Assembly (NCBI GenBank): GCA_050950825.1
Contig: JBMNIH010000003.1
Span: 128,001-192,000, forward strand
Direction: 5' to 3'
Source: Clostridia bacterium
GTDB lineage: Bacteria > Bacillota > Clostridia > JAAYHZ01
DNA: 64,000 bases
Shown here piece by piece: positions 28,510 through 38,590 of the stretch. Both the position numbers and the translations under genes were made by a program. The notes beneath the pieces were generated by a model that saw only the letters and a program-made list of their open reading frames with translations, did not search any database and was not told where the DNA came from. The first letter of the stretch is position 1, and the number at the start of each line of letters is the position of its first letter.

Positions 28510-30150
28510 TTATCCCATAAACTTTACAAGATCCTCTTCCGGGTCGGATATGGTGCTTATACCGAAAATATCCGTCAGCACCTTGGCCACATCCGGTGAC
28601 AAGAAGGCCGGAAGGGTGGGTCCTAGCTTGATGTTCTTCACTCCCAAATACAGAAGAGCCAGAAGAACGATGACGGCCTTTTGTTCGTACCAAGCGATGT
28701 TGTACGCGATGGGAAGATCGTTAACGTCGTTCAGCTCGAAAACTTCCTTTAATTTCAAAGCAATCAGCGCCAAGGAGTAGGAATCGTTGCACTGACCTGC
28801 ATCCAACACTCTCGGGATACCTCCGATATCGCCTAAGTCCAATTTGTTGTAGCGGTATTTTGCGCAGCCGGCCGTCAAGATGACCGTGTCCTTCGGAAGC
28901 CGTTGTGCAAACTCGGTATAATAGGATCGGGACTTCATTCTGCCGTCGCATCCCGCCATTACGAAGAATTTCTTGATGGCACCGGTCTTAACCGCTTCCA
29001 CCACCTTATCCGCCAAAGCGAATACTTGGGCGTGGGCAAAGCCGCCGACGATGGTACCGGTTTCAATTTCTTGCGGGGGTGCCAATCTTTTCGCATGTTC
29101 GATTACGGGAACGAAATTCTTAACCCCGTTTTCGTCTTCTTCAATCCGTTTGCAGCCGGGATATCCGGTTACGCCGGTGGTATAGATACGGTCGATATGC
29201 TCCTTTTTCGGCGGCACCATACAGTTGGTGGTAAACACAATAGGTCCGTTAAAGGATTCGAATTCTTCCTTTTGCTTCCACCATGCATTTCCGTAGTTCC
29301 CGACAAAGTGCTTGTACTTTTTAAATGCCGGGTAGTAGTGAGCAGGCAACATTTCGCCGTGGGTATACACGTCCACTCCCGTCCCTTCCGTCTGTTCAAG
29401 GAGCTGTTCCAAATCCTTCAGGTCGTGGCCGGTAATCAAAATCGCCGGATTGCTTCTCACGCCGATATTGACTTTGGTGATTTCGGGATTTCCGTAAGTC
29501 CCGGTATTGGCTTCATCCAGCAGCGCCATAACCTCCACGCCGTATTTTCCGGTTTCCAAGGTAAGCGCAATCAAAGGATCCGTACCCAACGTATCGTCCA
29601 ATGTAGCGGATAACGCTTTTATCATAAAGGAATAGATTTCCTTCTTTTCTTTTCCCAAATTCAATGCATGGACCGCATAAGCAGCCATACCTTTTAATCC
29701 GTATACGATCAATTCTCTCAGCGAACGGATATTTACGTCTTTTGTTGCCAAAACACCTACGGTTTCCGCTTTCTTTTGCATTTCTTCTTTGGAGTTACCG
29801 GTCCAAAGGGCCGCATCGTGCAAACCGGCAAAGCTTACGCCTTCTTTTTCCCATTCCCCTTTGATTTTTTCTCTCAATGCCAAGCCTTCCTTGACGTATT
29901 CCAAAATGGCGTCTTCGTCAAAATTGGCATTGGTGATGGTGGTAAAGAGTCCTTTGATGATAAAATGCTCCGCTTCGGGAGACCTTAGTCCTTTCCTTTC
30001 TCCTTCTCTTAATACAAGAGCCAAACCCTTCACGGTATAGATCAAAAGGTCCTGCGCTCCGGATGTCGGCGCGTCTTTTCCGCAAACTCCTTTTAAAGTA
30101 CACCCGGTCCCCTTTGCCGCTTCTTGACACTGATAACAAAACATACTCAT
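28510..30150 (-). CDS. hcp: Hybrid cluster protein (hydroxylamine/NO reductase)
   Basis: [48 protein letters not shown]. Confidence 0.97.
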   Translation of the reverse strand: MSMFCYQCQEAAKGTGCTLKGVCGKDAPTSGAQDLLIYTVKGLALVLREGERKGLRSPEAEHFIIKGLFTTITNANFDEDAILEYVKEGLALREKIKGEWEKEGVSFAGLHDAALWTGNSKEEMQKKAETVGVLATKDVNIRSLRELIVYGLKGMAAYAVHALNLGKEKKEIYSFMIKALSATLDDTLGTDPLIALTLETGKYGVEVMALLDEANTGTYGNPEITKVNIGVRSNPAILITGHDLKDLEQLLEQTEGTGVDVYTHGEMLPAHYYPAFKKYKHFVGNYGNAWWKQKEEFESFNGPIVFTTNCMVPPKKEHIDRIYTTGVTGYPGCKRIEEDENGVKNFVPVIEHAKRLAPPQEIETGTIVGGFAHAQVFALADKVVEAVKTGAIKKFFVMAGCDGRMKSRSYYTEFAQRLPKDTVILTAGCAKYRYNKLDLGDIGGIPRVLDAGQCNDSYSLALIALKLKEVFELNDVNDLPIAYNIAWYEQKAVIVLLALLYLGVKNIKLGPTLPAFLSPDVAKVLTDIFGISTISDPEEDLVKFMG

Positions 30151-30202
30151 ATCTCAACCTCCGTATATATAAAATTGCTTTTTTCATTGCGAATTCACGT
30201 GT

Positions 30203-30244
30203 ATTATACCGGTCAAAAGGATTCGAATATGTAACAGATGTTAC
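30203..30244 (-). promoter_or_regulatory. HcpR operator and hcp -10 box
   Basis: GTAAC-agat-GTTAC palindrome at 30231-30244, centred about 41-42 bp upstream of the start implied by TATAAT (30203-30208): class II Crp/Fnr activator geometry. Confidence 0.75.
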
Positions 30245-30297
30245 CGTTAACCGAAAAATGAAGGCGCCGCTTCTTTGAGAAACGACGCCTTATCGGG

Positions 30298-30987
30298 TCA
30301 AATATATGATTTTAATGCTTCCAAGTCATTGATTTTAAAGGAGGATCGGTAGAAGTCGATCAGGCCTTCCTCCTTCATTTTCATAAGCTCTCTCGACAAA
30401 GAAGGCCGAGCCACGTTCAGAAAATCCGCCAGTTCGTTACGCTTCATGGGCGTAACGAAGTATGTTTGCTGTGTTTGTTCATATTTTTCCAAAAGATACG
30501 TACTGATCTTGGATCGTATGCTTTTTATGGTAAGATAATCTACCCTTTTGTTTAAATCCAACGCCTTTCCCGCAACGATATGCAGCATGTTTTGAATGAG
30601 CTGTTTATGGTTGATGCACTGGTTGGCGCAATTACCGGTCATTCTTGCTGCGGATAAAAACATGACGGTACAGTCGGTAACGGCGGAGACGGAAGCATAC
30701 CATATGCTGGTGCCGGAGAAAGCAAAAATCTCTCCGAACAATTCGCCTACGCCCAGCTTCGAAAGAATCACTCTTTCCCCTGCGGCGTTTTCCTTGCTGA
30801 CCAAAACCTCGCCTTCCAATACGATCCCCGGTCCCTTGCATTCGCCGTTTTCAATGATCAGGTATTCCCCTTTTTTGTAATTGAGAATTTGCGGCTTTAT
30901 ACATTGAAGCAGTGCACGGATTTCGTCTTTATCCATTTTGTCAAACAACGGCACCGTATTTAATATGTCAAGCCATTTTTCATACAT
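30298..30987 (-). CDS. hcpR: Crp/Fnr-family regulator (HcpR-like)
   Basis: cNMP domain with GELFGE; C-terminal HTH ELADFLNVARPSLSREL; adjacent to hcp. Confidence 0.85.
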   Translation of the reverse strand: MYEKWLDILNTVPLFDKMDKDEIRALLQCIKPQILNYKKGEYLIIENGECKGPGIVLEGEVLVSKENAAGERVILSKLGVGELFGEIFAFSGTSIWYASVSAVTDCTVMFLSAARMTGNCANQCINHKQLIQNMLHIVAGKALDLNKRVDYLTIKSIRSKISTYLLEKYEQTQQTYFVTPMKRNELADFLNVARPSLSRELMKMKEEGLIDFYRSSFKINDLEALKSYI

Positions 30988-31082
30988 GTTTTCCTCCGAA
31001 TATCTCTTGTAAAAAGTATCGCATAAGCTTAAGACTCAAAAATGATTATACCACAAGCGAATTCAAATAAAAGAGCGAACTT

Positions 31083-32195
31083 TTATTCCAGCGTGATAAA
31101 CTCTACGCCGTTTAACAGCAAAAATTCGATGATCATCGGCAGAATGGCGACCGTCTCGGGGGTTTCGTGAAGAAGATAAATCCCTCCGTAGGGCATCGCT
31201 TCGGTTATGTACTTCATGATTTCTTCTCCGGTTTTGTTGTTCCAATCCGCCGGATCCTTGTTCCACAAAACCGTTTTCATCTCGGCCTCCTTCAGAATCC
31301 CGTCCAATTCTTCCGTGTAGTTCCCAAAAGGCGGCCTGTAAAACTTGGGCTTGACCCCTGTAACCTGCTCGATGATTTCGTTGGTTCGCACCACTTCTTG
31401 TTTTTGCTCATCGTAAGTCATGGCGGACATATCACGGTGGGAATAGCCGTGGTTTCCTACCGCGCAGCCGTTTTCCGTTACGTACCTCATGGCCTCGTAG
31501 CGCCCTTGCGTGTGAAGCCCGATAAAGAAGAACAGCCCTTGGACGTTGTACCTGTTTAAAATGTCTACGATCTGTTGAGTATATGCGGACGGACCGTCGT
31601 CAAAGGTCAAAAGAGCATACGATTTCGGAAGATTGTATAAAACGCGGTATCCTTCCGGGTAAGCATACGTTACGGGATCCGCTATTTCTTCCGGAGCCGG
31701 CTCGTCATCCGGTTCCTCGTCCTCTTTTTTATCCTTTTCCTCCGCGGTTAAAATGGCCATGCTTGCACGTTCCGGATTTTCTCCGTTGTAGAAGACGGTG
31801 TCCGGAAGCTCGTCGAAATGCCGTTCTTCCCGCAACAAATCCATATAGGACATGGAAGACAAGGGATATTGGCGGTAAAAATACCTTGCCTCCTTCGTTT
31901 CGTTATGTAAGGATTCCGCATTTTCTTCCTCATACATGAGGTCTTCAATGGAAGCTTCCTCCGCAAAGACGGCTTCTTCTCTTTCATTCATATCAAGGGA
32001 TTCCGCCTTCATGGTATCGTCGTGACAAATAATGGGATCTGCAAACACCAAAAGAAAAACGGCAAAAAGAAACAAAAGAAAACCCTTCACTTGAGCGGTT
32101 GTTCTTTTCTTTATAGCAAGCCGCTTTTCATGCCGGTTTATGGCATCTTCCGTTGCATAAGATCCGATTTCGGTAAAATGACTCATCATACACAT
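31083..32195 (-). CDS. Membrane-anchored NodB-type polysaccharide/peptidoglycan deacetylase
   Basis: LTFDDGP, NHGYSH, RPPFG, LLHE CE4 motifs; N-terminal TM helix and acidic linker. Confidence 0.9.
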   Translation of the reverse strand: MCMMSHFTEIGSYATEDAINRHEKRLAIKKRTTAQVKGFLLFLFAVFLLVFADPIICHDDTMKAESLDMNEREEAVFAEEASIEDLMYEEENAESLHNETKEARYFYRQYPLSSMSYMDLLREERHFDELPDTVFYNGENPERASMAILTAEEKDKKEDEEPDDEPAPEEIADPVTYAYPEGYRVLYNLPKSYALLTFDDGPSAYTQQIVDILNRYNVQGLFFFIGLHTQGRYEAMRYVTENGCAVGNHGYSHRDMSAMTYDEQKQEVVRTNEIIEQVTGVKPKFYRPPFGNYTEELDGILKEAEMKTVLWNKDPADWNNKTGEEIMKYITEAMPYGGIYLLHETPETVAILPMIIEFLLLNGVEFITLE

Positions 32196-32523
32196 CCTGT
32201 CTATTTTAAGGGAACAAAACCGCCAAAAGAAACGAAAAACCTCTTACCGCCTAAAATTAGTCTATCATTTCGACAGGACCAATTCAAGGGATTTGACGCC
32301 TTTTGCCGGGATTATTCCCGTCTTCCCAAAGTATGTAATAATCCCGTGAAAAAAACCGGTTCCCAAAAGGTCCGGTCCTTTTCAAACAATTATATACAAG
32401 GTTTGTGTGGGTAATTTGCCTATCCACAATATATATGACGGACCAAACCTGTTATATGTTCCATACAATTAACCGTTTATCTCATATTCCAATTATTCCC
32501 ATTTTCATGAGAGACTATACCCT

Positions 32524-33732
32524 TTACCCGTCAATCATTTTTCCCGTGAACAAAATATTGCCGTCCCCTTCGTCGGCAATGATGAATAGGAAGGGGCGAT
32601 TGGCGATAAAGTTGTTATCGGGGATATACGTTTCTTCGATGATAACCACGGTGGCTCCCGCAGCCTTCGAGCCCTCCTCGTTCACCTCGATAACGGCTTT
32701 GTGGAGCACGTTTTCGATGTATAAATTACCGTCGCTCATCAAGGAAAAATCCGCGCCGCCCGTAAAGGCTTCTCCCATGCCCAATTCCGTCAATGCGGCT
32801 TTCAGCTCCTTGATGCCGTATTCCATGTTAAACTTCGGCAGCATTAAGTTGAATTTATTCTTTTCAACCATACCCGTTCGAATCTCGTTCCAAGTATCCG
32901 CATCGAAGGAATCGATAAACTCGTCAATATCCGACTCCTCATCGGGCAGTATGACGTACATGGCATAGGCTTCTTTTTGGCCGTAAGGAAGCCTTACCGC
33001 TTTTAGGCGTTCGTTTCCGTAATACTCCGTATCCCCCGTACGTCGCATCATATCTACCGTAACCGTCTTGGATTTACCGTAAAAGTTCGCTTCGTACGTA
33101 TTCTTCGGATCAAAGGAATTTGTCCAATCTCCTTTGAAATAGATGGCGTTAATCAAATACATGACTACATGCTCCGGTATGGGAGGCCGTATCATTTGGT
33201 CAATCATGCCCTTGGTGGATTTTTTGATCCGGTTGTTGATTTCATCCGCTGCACCGGGCTTTGAAAAATCAAGATCGGTGATATAGGCGTCGAACATTTC
33301 CTTGTTTACATCCTTAAAGGACTGCTTAATGGGGTATCCCTTTTTGATCCATATGGAATTGTCCATAATCAATTCCGTTTGGTTGTCTTTGCTTTTTAAA
33401 TTCTGATAGATGTATTTGCTTCCGGAATTGATTTCGTCAAGGGAAATCCCGGTGTAAAACAAGGCTTTTTCCATGGCTTCTTTTGTGGATCCGGAAGCTC
33501 CGTTTAACGTCATGGTCAACGCCGTGGAGATACTTATGGGAGATATGAATATGTTCTTATCCGAATCGTCTTTGTTCAATATTTTAAAAAGCTCGATGGC
33601 AAACCGCGTATTCCCTATTACCACTTCGTTTTGCTTTTCCGCTTTTACAACCGCTTCCGATACGCTGCAGCCGGACAGCGGTACGGAAAAAGCCAACAGG
33701 AATATGAGGAGAAATATAAAGGGCTTTTTCAT
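32524..33732 (-). CDS. Serpin (serine protease inhibitor) lipoprotein 1
   Basis: Lipobox LSGC; NIFISPISI, NAIYFKGDW, hinge EEGSKAAGAT, FIANRPFLF. Confidence 0.95.
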   Translation of the reverse strand: MKKPFIFLLIFLLAFSVPLSGCSVSEAVVKAEKQNEVVIGNTRFAIELFKILNKDDSDKNIFISPISISTALTMTLNGASGSTKEAMEKALFYTGISLDEINSGSKYIYQNLKSKDNQTELIMDNSIWIKKGYPIKQSFKDVNKEMFDAYITDLDFSKPGAADEINNRIKKSTKGMIDQMIRPPIPEHVVMYLINAIYFKGDWTNSFDPKNTYEANFYGKSKTVTVDMMRRTGDTEYYGNERLKAVRLPYGQKEAYAMYVILPDEESDIDEFIDSFDADTWNEIRTGMVEKNKFNLMLPKFNMEYGIKELKAALTELGMGEAFTGGADFSLMSDGNLYIENVLHKAVIEVNEEGSKAAGATVVIIEETYIPDNNFIANRPFLFIIADEGDGNILFTGKMIDG

Positions 33733-33774
33733 AGGAAATCCTCCTCCCTATACGGTATGTTACCGTATATATAT

Positions 33775-33803
33775 TTAGACGTAATATCTTACAAAATGGT
33801 TCC
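33775..33803 (-). promoter_or_regulatory. ECF sigma promoter of serpin 1
   Basis: GGAACC-N16-CGTCTAA. Confidence 0.75.
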
Positions 33804-33857
33804 GGGGATATAGAAAAGCGGAAAATGAACGAGCAGGAAAATGGGGAAATGGAAAAC

Positions 33858-33879
33858 AAAAAAACCGCCTACACGGCGG
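33858..33879 (-). terminator. Intrinsic terminator in the inter-serpin region (second)
   Basis: CCGCC-gtgta-GGCGG followed by a T run. Confidence 0.65.
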
Positions 33880-33992
33880 CCCCATGCCCGGCGACATTAC
33901 ATGTCGCTTAAACGCTAATTCGGATACACGGGTATACAGCGTATTTCTACCTGCACCATTGTTTCATTACATTGTTCTCTCGCTTCCATGAT

Positions 33993-34022
33993 AAAAAAGA
34001 AGGGTCTTCCCGAAGGAAGACC
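33993..34022 (-). terminator. Terminator after serpin 2
   Basis: GGTCTTCC-TTCG-GGAAGACC (C-UUCG-G tetraloop) followed by cttctttttt. Confidence 0.75.
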
Positions 34023-34102
34023 TGCCCGCACGGAACGTTTAGCTCCGTCCTTAAGATAAGCCTTTAAATATATAGAAGATGGAGTAATAAGTTATGAGCG
34101 AT

Positions 34103-35335
34103 TTATTGCACCATTTTTCCCATAAACAAAATGTTGTTGTCCGTATCATCGGCGATGACGAAGACAAAGGGGCGGTCCGCGATGAATTGCGGCATATCGA
34201 TATTAACGGACGTAAGCCGAATACCTACAACGGTAACGCCTGCCGCTTCCGAGCCTTCTTCATGGACGTCGATCACCGCTTTATGCTTCACCGTGCCGAT
34301 GGCAAGTCTTGCATCGGCGATGCCGGAAAAGTCGGCTTGGTCGGAGAAGGCTTCACCCATGCCCAGTTCCGTTAAAGCGGCTTCCAATTCCTTGATACCG
34401 TATTCCATTTTAAACTTCGGTATTTGAAGCCTTACTTCGTTTCGCTCTATCAAGCCTTCCCGAATTTCATTCCACTTGCTCACATTCATTTCTTGAATGA
34501 ATGCGTCAATATCCGTATTTTCCGCCGGTAAAATCAAGGTCATGGAAACGGACTTATCCTTTCCGTAAGGAAGTCTTACGGCCTTGACACCGTTTTCTTC
34601 ATAGTATTCCATGCTCTCGGACTTTGTCATCATGTCCATTTCTTTTGTTTGGCCGTCTTTTGTCGTAAATTGTCCTTTGAATGTTCGATTCGGATCAAAG
34701 GGCTTCGTCCAGTCTCCTTTGAAATACACGGCATTGATCAAGTACATGAGCGTATCTTCCGGAATGGGAGGATCAATCATTTTATCAATCATACCTTCCG
34801 TTGCATTGCCAATCCATTTATTGATCTTGTCCACGGTGCTATCCTTGGAAAAGTCCGCATTTTCAATCAGTGCGTTAAACATGTCTTTATTCACATCGAC
34901 AAAGGATTTCTTCACCGGAAATTGATCCTTGATCCATATGGAGTTTCCGATCTTTATAGTCACGTCCTTGTTCATCCGGGTCAAACGTTCCGCCAAGTAT
35001 TTGTTTCCGGAGTTGATAGCGGCCATGTCCAAACCCTTGTAGAACAAGGCTTCCTTCATGGCTTCTTCTGTTGTGCCATTCGCTCCGTTTAACGTCATGG
35101 TCAGCGCCGTTGAAATGCTCAAAGGAGAAATGAATACGTTTTCATCCGCATCCTCTTTATTTAACACCTTGAATAATTCCCAAGCAAATTCATTGTTTCT
35201 TTGTATAACTTCGTCCTGTTTTTCCGCAATAACCAAAGCCGATACTTGTTCGGTACATCCCGTCATAAGGGCGGCAAGCATAACCGTAACCAAAACAACG
35301 CTTATTATCTTCACTGCTATTCCCATATAATTCAC
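34103..35335 (-). CDS. Serpin lipoprotein 2
   Basis: Lipobox MTGC; NVFISPLSI, NAVYFKGDW, hinge EEGSEAAGVT, FIADRPFVF. Confidence 0.95.
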   Translation of the reverse strand: MNYMGIAVKIISVVLVTVMLAALMTGCTEQVSALVIAEKQDEVIQRNNEFAWELFKVLNKEDADENVFISPLSISTALTMTLNGANGTTEEAMKEALFYKGLDMAAINSGNKYLAERLTRMNKDVTIKIGNSIWIKDQFPVKKSFVDVNKDMFNALIENADFSKDSTVDKINKWIGNATEGMIDKMIDPPIPEDTLMYLINAVYFKGDWTKPFDPNRTFKGQFTTKDGQTKEMDMMTKSESMEYYEENGVKAVRLPYGKDKSVSMTLILPAENTDIDAFIQEMNVSKWNEIREGLIERNEVRLQIPKFKMEYGIKELEAALTELGMGEAFSDQADFSGIADARLAIGTVKHKAVIDVHEEGSEAAGVTVVGIRLTSVNIDMPQFIADRPFVFVIADDTDNNILFMGKMVQ

Positions 35336-35376
35336 CCGTCCTTTCCTTGTGTGCCGAATTTTTTCGTTTCAAATTT

Positions 35377-35405
35377 TTAGACGTAAGGAATAACGATAAA
35401 GTTCC
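35377..35405 (-). promoter_or_regulatory. ECF sigma promoter of serpin 2
   Basis: GGAACT-N16-CGTCTAA, same architecture as the serpin 1 promoter. Confidence 0.75.
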
Positions 35406-35501
35406 GAAAACGAAGATGATATAATTAACGATGTGCGGTATAATAGGAAAGTACAAGGAGAATCCATAAGAGAATTAGAAAAATAAAAAAAGGGTGGAAC
35501 T

Positions 35502-36770
35502 ATGACCGACTTTTATTCTCTCTATGACCAAGTAGTAAAGGCCGCGGTATCCGGCCATTTGGAAGACGAATTGGAAAAAGATACCCCTTTTAACGCGGAT
35601 CCGAACTCCCTGGACTGTCTTCTCAATCCGGAAAAGTGTGCGCCGGTCATCAATATCGGCACGTGCCGCTGCAGCGATGAGGAACGGTGCGAATGCGAAA
35701 AAATTTGCTTTTTTGACGCCATTCGTCTGAACCGGGAAGGCAACGTGGAAATATTAAGCGATAAATGCATCGGCTGCGGCGACTGTATCGAGCACTGCAA
35801 ATACAGAAACTTGATCGACCGAAAAGACATCGTTCCTTTGTTCCGAAATCTGTACAGAAAAGATCCTCCGGTCTATGCCATGATTGCACCGGCATTCATC
35901 GGCCAATTTTCCGATGAGGTCACTCCCGGAAAGCTTCGTTCGGCGTTTAAGCGATTAGGCTTTGCCGGCATGATTGAAGTGGCTTTGTTTGCCGACATAT
36001 TGACGCTGAAGGAAGCCTTGGAATTTGACCGCCACATCACCACGGAGAAAGATTTCATGCTGACCTCCTGCTGCTGCCCCATCTGGATTGCCATGATCCG
36101 AAAGGTGTATTCTCGCCTGATTCCCCATATGCCTCCTTCCGTATCCCCAATGGTGGCTTGCGGTCGAGCCATCAAAAAAGTGCGGCCCGGAGCCATTACG
36201 GTGTTCGTCGGCCCCTGCGTGGCGAAAAAAGCGGAAGCAAGAGAGCCGGATATCAAGGATTCCGTCGATTACGTAATGACCTTCGAGGAAGTGAAGAATT
36301 TGTTTGATGCGGCGGGAATCGACCCTGCGAAGCTTCCCGAAGACCAAAAAGAGCATTCTTCAAAGGCCGGCCGCATCTATGCCAGAACAAAAGGTGTTAG
36401 CACCGCCGTTAAAACCACGTTGGAAAAATTGAAGCCGGATCGCAAGATTCCTTTTACCGCCGCTTACGGAAACGGAGTCCGCGAATGCAAAGCCCTTTTA
36501 AACGATTTGCTGGAGGGTAACGTTCATGCCGGCTTTATCGAAGGAATGGGCTGTGTCGGCGGCTGCGTGGGAGGGCCGAAAGCCATTTTGGACAAAGAAC
36601 AAGGAACGGTAAACGTCGACGGTTACGGCGATACCGCCCTTTATGAAACTCCGGCGGAAAATCCTCATGTCATTGAGCTTTTGCACAGATTGGGATTTGA
36701 CACCATCGATTCTTTGTTGGAAAAAGAGCATATGTTTGTACGAAATTTCACGGAGCCAAAAGGAAAATAA
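35502..36770 (+). CDS. Monomeric [FeFe]-hydrogenase, group B-like
   Basis: H-cluster motifs TSCCCPIW, GPCVAKKAE, EGMGCVGGCVGG; N-terminal ferredoxin CIGCGDCIEHC. Confidence 0.85.
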   Translation: MTDFYSLYDQVVKAAVSGHLEDELEKDTPFNADPNSLDCLLNPEKCAPVINIGTCRCSDEERCECEKICFFDAIRLNREGNVEILSDKCIGCGDCIEHCKYRNLIDRKDIVPLFRNLYRKDPPVYAMIAPAFIGQFSDEVTPGKLRSAFKRLGFAGMIEVALFADILTLKEALEFDRHITTEKDFMLTSCCCPIWIAMIRKVYSRLIPHMPPSVSPMVACGRAIKKVRPGAITVFVGPCVAKKAEAREPDIKDSVDYVMTFEEVKNLFDAAGIDPAKLPEDQKEHSSKAGRIYARTKGVSTAVKTTLEKLKPDRKIPFTAAYGNGVRECKALLNDLLEGNVHAGFIEGMGCVGGCVGGPKAILDKEQGTVNVDGYGDTALYETPAENPHVIELLHRLGFDTIDSLLEKEHMFVRNFTEPKGK

Positions 36771-36813
36771 CGGACATTGATAAAAAAGAAGCCGTAAAGG
36801 GGTGTTTATCCCT

Positions 36814-37575
36814 TTACGGTCGGTACCGAGCATAGGCGGTGTACAACCGACTGTAATTTAATTTGGTGGAGGAGTCCATTAAATATGCGGATCGGGTTGC
36901 GTTTCGTTTACGGTTTTGGTTTAAGGCACGGATAATCTGCTCCGCGTTGCGTATACCGATACCGTGACCGTAGTATAATCCGTCTCCGAAATCAATGACA
37001 TTTTCGCCCTGCCATTCCGGAGTCAAGGGATTGACGTCCGGATTTTTAAAGTATCGGCAGTTTCCCGGCATATACTTTTCCGGGTCGTGCCGTGTTCTCA
37101 GCCCCAAATCGCTGTCTAAGGACTGCCAATTCATTAAATATGTATCCGGAAACAAAGAATCGAACAACGGAGCGGGCAAAACGTCAACCAAAGCTTTGTA
37201 AAAGACGATTACCATGGCGGTGGAGCATTCCGTTGCATAAAGGCGGCTTTGATCGTAGATGTTTTTTATGGCGTCGCTTGGCTTTACACCCGGCTTCAAT
37301 CGAAAGCCTCCGTCCGGCTCCCGGTTCCAGTAAGCCGGGTTGCAGCGAGATTTTCGGAATACGGCAAAGGCAAAGTTGCTGTTGTTCAAATCCTTCGCCG
37401 CTTTTACCGTAGCGCTTCTTACCGCAAGCTCGAATTTCATTTCGTCCATGGATCGAAATTGGTATCTTTGGTCGCTGTTTAACATGATTTCCGCCGCCCG
37501 AATTTGAATAGGGTCCGAAGAAATTTGACTTAAAACCGCTTCCCTGCCGACTTGTCGTCCTGCAATCACAATCAT
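36814..37575 (-). CDS. tgl: Spore coat protein-glutamine gamma-glutamyltransferase
   Basis: YATECSTAM catalytic Cys, YFKNPDV..EWQGEN, YYGHGIG. Confidence 0.9.
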   Translation of the reverse strand: MIVIAGRQVGREAVLSQISSDPIQIRAAEIMLNSDQRYQFRSMDEMKFELAVRSATVKAAKDLNNSNFAFAVFRKSRCNPAYWNREPDGGFRLKPGVKPSDAIKNIYDQSRLYATECSTAMVIVFYKALVDVLPAPLFDSLFPDTYLMNWQSLDSDLGLRTRHDPEKYMPGNCRYFKNPDVNPLTPEWQGENVIDFGDGLYYGHGIGIRNAEQIIRALNQNRKRNATRSAYLMDSSTKLNYSRLYTAYARYRP

Positions 37576-38558
37576 ACGAATCGCCCCCTCCTTCTCGTTG
37601 CAATCCTTATCTGCTCATCAAGAGGAGAGCGGATCCATTCTTTCCAAGCCTTCGGGTCCTTGTTGTACAGCTTGCAGGAAAAATCGCTTAAGACCTCCTT
37701 GGCTTGTTCGTTCAGCCTTGAAAAACCGTCAATGATATGGGATTCGTCTTCTTCCGCGCTTTCCGCATGCGTTTCGCCGACCTTTTTCGTTTTATGTAGG
37801 TACTTGTTTTCATAAGACAATTGGTACGGTATGGGCCGGTTGGCTTGCTGAAAGGTTTCTCCCGTGTAGTCCAAAAACTCCGCGTTTTCTTTGATCCAGT
37901 TGACACATTCGGTGTAAAGCCGGCTTCGATTGATATACGCGCTGTTCTGCACCGCAGGAACAAAATTCAAAAGCTTCAAGGCCAATTTGATGTCTCTCGG
38001 ATGGTCGGATTTTAACCGATCGGCTATATACAGCAGATGCTCGGGATTATGGATTTCAAAAAAAGCCCAAACAAGGTCATCGATGTATCTTTTCTGCCGA
38101 TTTCGGTTGAATATGATGTCTGTCAACAAAGGCACCACCGAGTGGTCATTGAAAACTTGAACCAATAAAATGACGCTTTCGTCGATGATCTCGTCAAAGT
38201 CATCGTCGAGTCCGTCGTCTATGTATCCGGTTTGCAGCATCCATTTCAAGCAAGTGTGTATGGCATCACCGTAATTCGGCAGCAAGTCTTCCACTTTGGA
38301 AAAATCCCGTTCTCTTAACAAACGGATCAATTTCAAAGCGTTTCGATTGCGTACGGTTAAATATTTGAATACTTCCGAATTGGCGGCTAGATTTTCCGAA
38401 AGATACAGCGTTGCGAATCGAAGGTTCGGGTCGTTGAGAAGGCGGCCGGCTTCCGAGGGGTTGGTCACGGTCATATTCTGCAAGTATTCCCGAAGACCTT
38501 TTGCGCCCTCATTCAATCGCAGCTCGTCTAACCGGCTCAGCGGATTTGTTTCACCCAT
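37572..38558 (-). CDS. Hypothetical helical protein translationally coupled to tgl
   Basis: 328-aa ORF, AGGAGG RBS, ATGA overlap with tgl. Confidence 0.8.
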   Translation of the reverse strand: MGETNPLSRLDELRLNEGAKGLREYLQNMTVTNPSEAGRLLNDPNLRFATLYLSENLAANSEVFKYLTVRNRNALKLIRLLRERDFSKVEDLLPNYGDAIHTCLKWMLQTGYIDDGLDDDFDEIIDESVILLVQVFNDHSVVPLLTDIIFNRNRQKRYIDDLVWAFFEIHNPEHLLYIADRLKSDHPRDIKLALKLLNFVPAVQNSAYINRSRLYTECVNWIKENAEFLDYTGETFQQANRPIPYQLSYENKYLHKTKKVGETHAESAEEDESHIIDGFSRLNEQAKEVLSDFSCKLYNKDPKAWKEWIRSPLDEQIRIATRRRGRFV

Positions 38559-38590
38559 AAAAAAATACCTCCTGCATAGAATCTCACTAC

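Noticed and set aside
33890-33955. Fluoride or ZTP riboswitch-like appearance
   Set aside because: Conserved GAUG/UGA-CUAC (fluoride) and GACUGG/GCCUGGGC (ZTP) cores are missing, and the gene context is wrong
33915-33989. 24-codon ORF MEAREQCNE... between the serpins
   Set aside because: No Shine-Dalgarno; starts right after a terminator T tract
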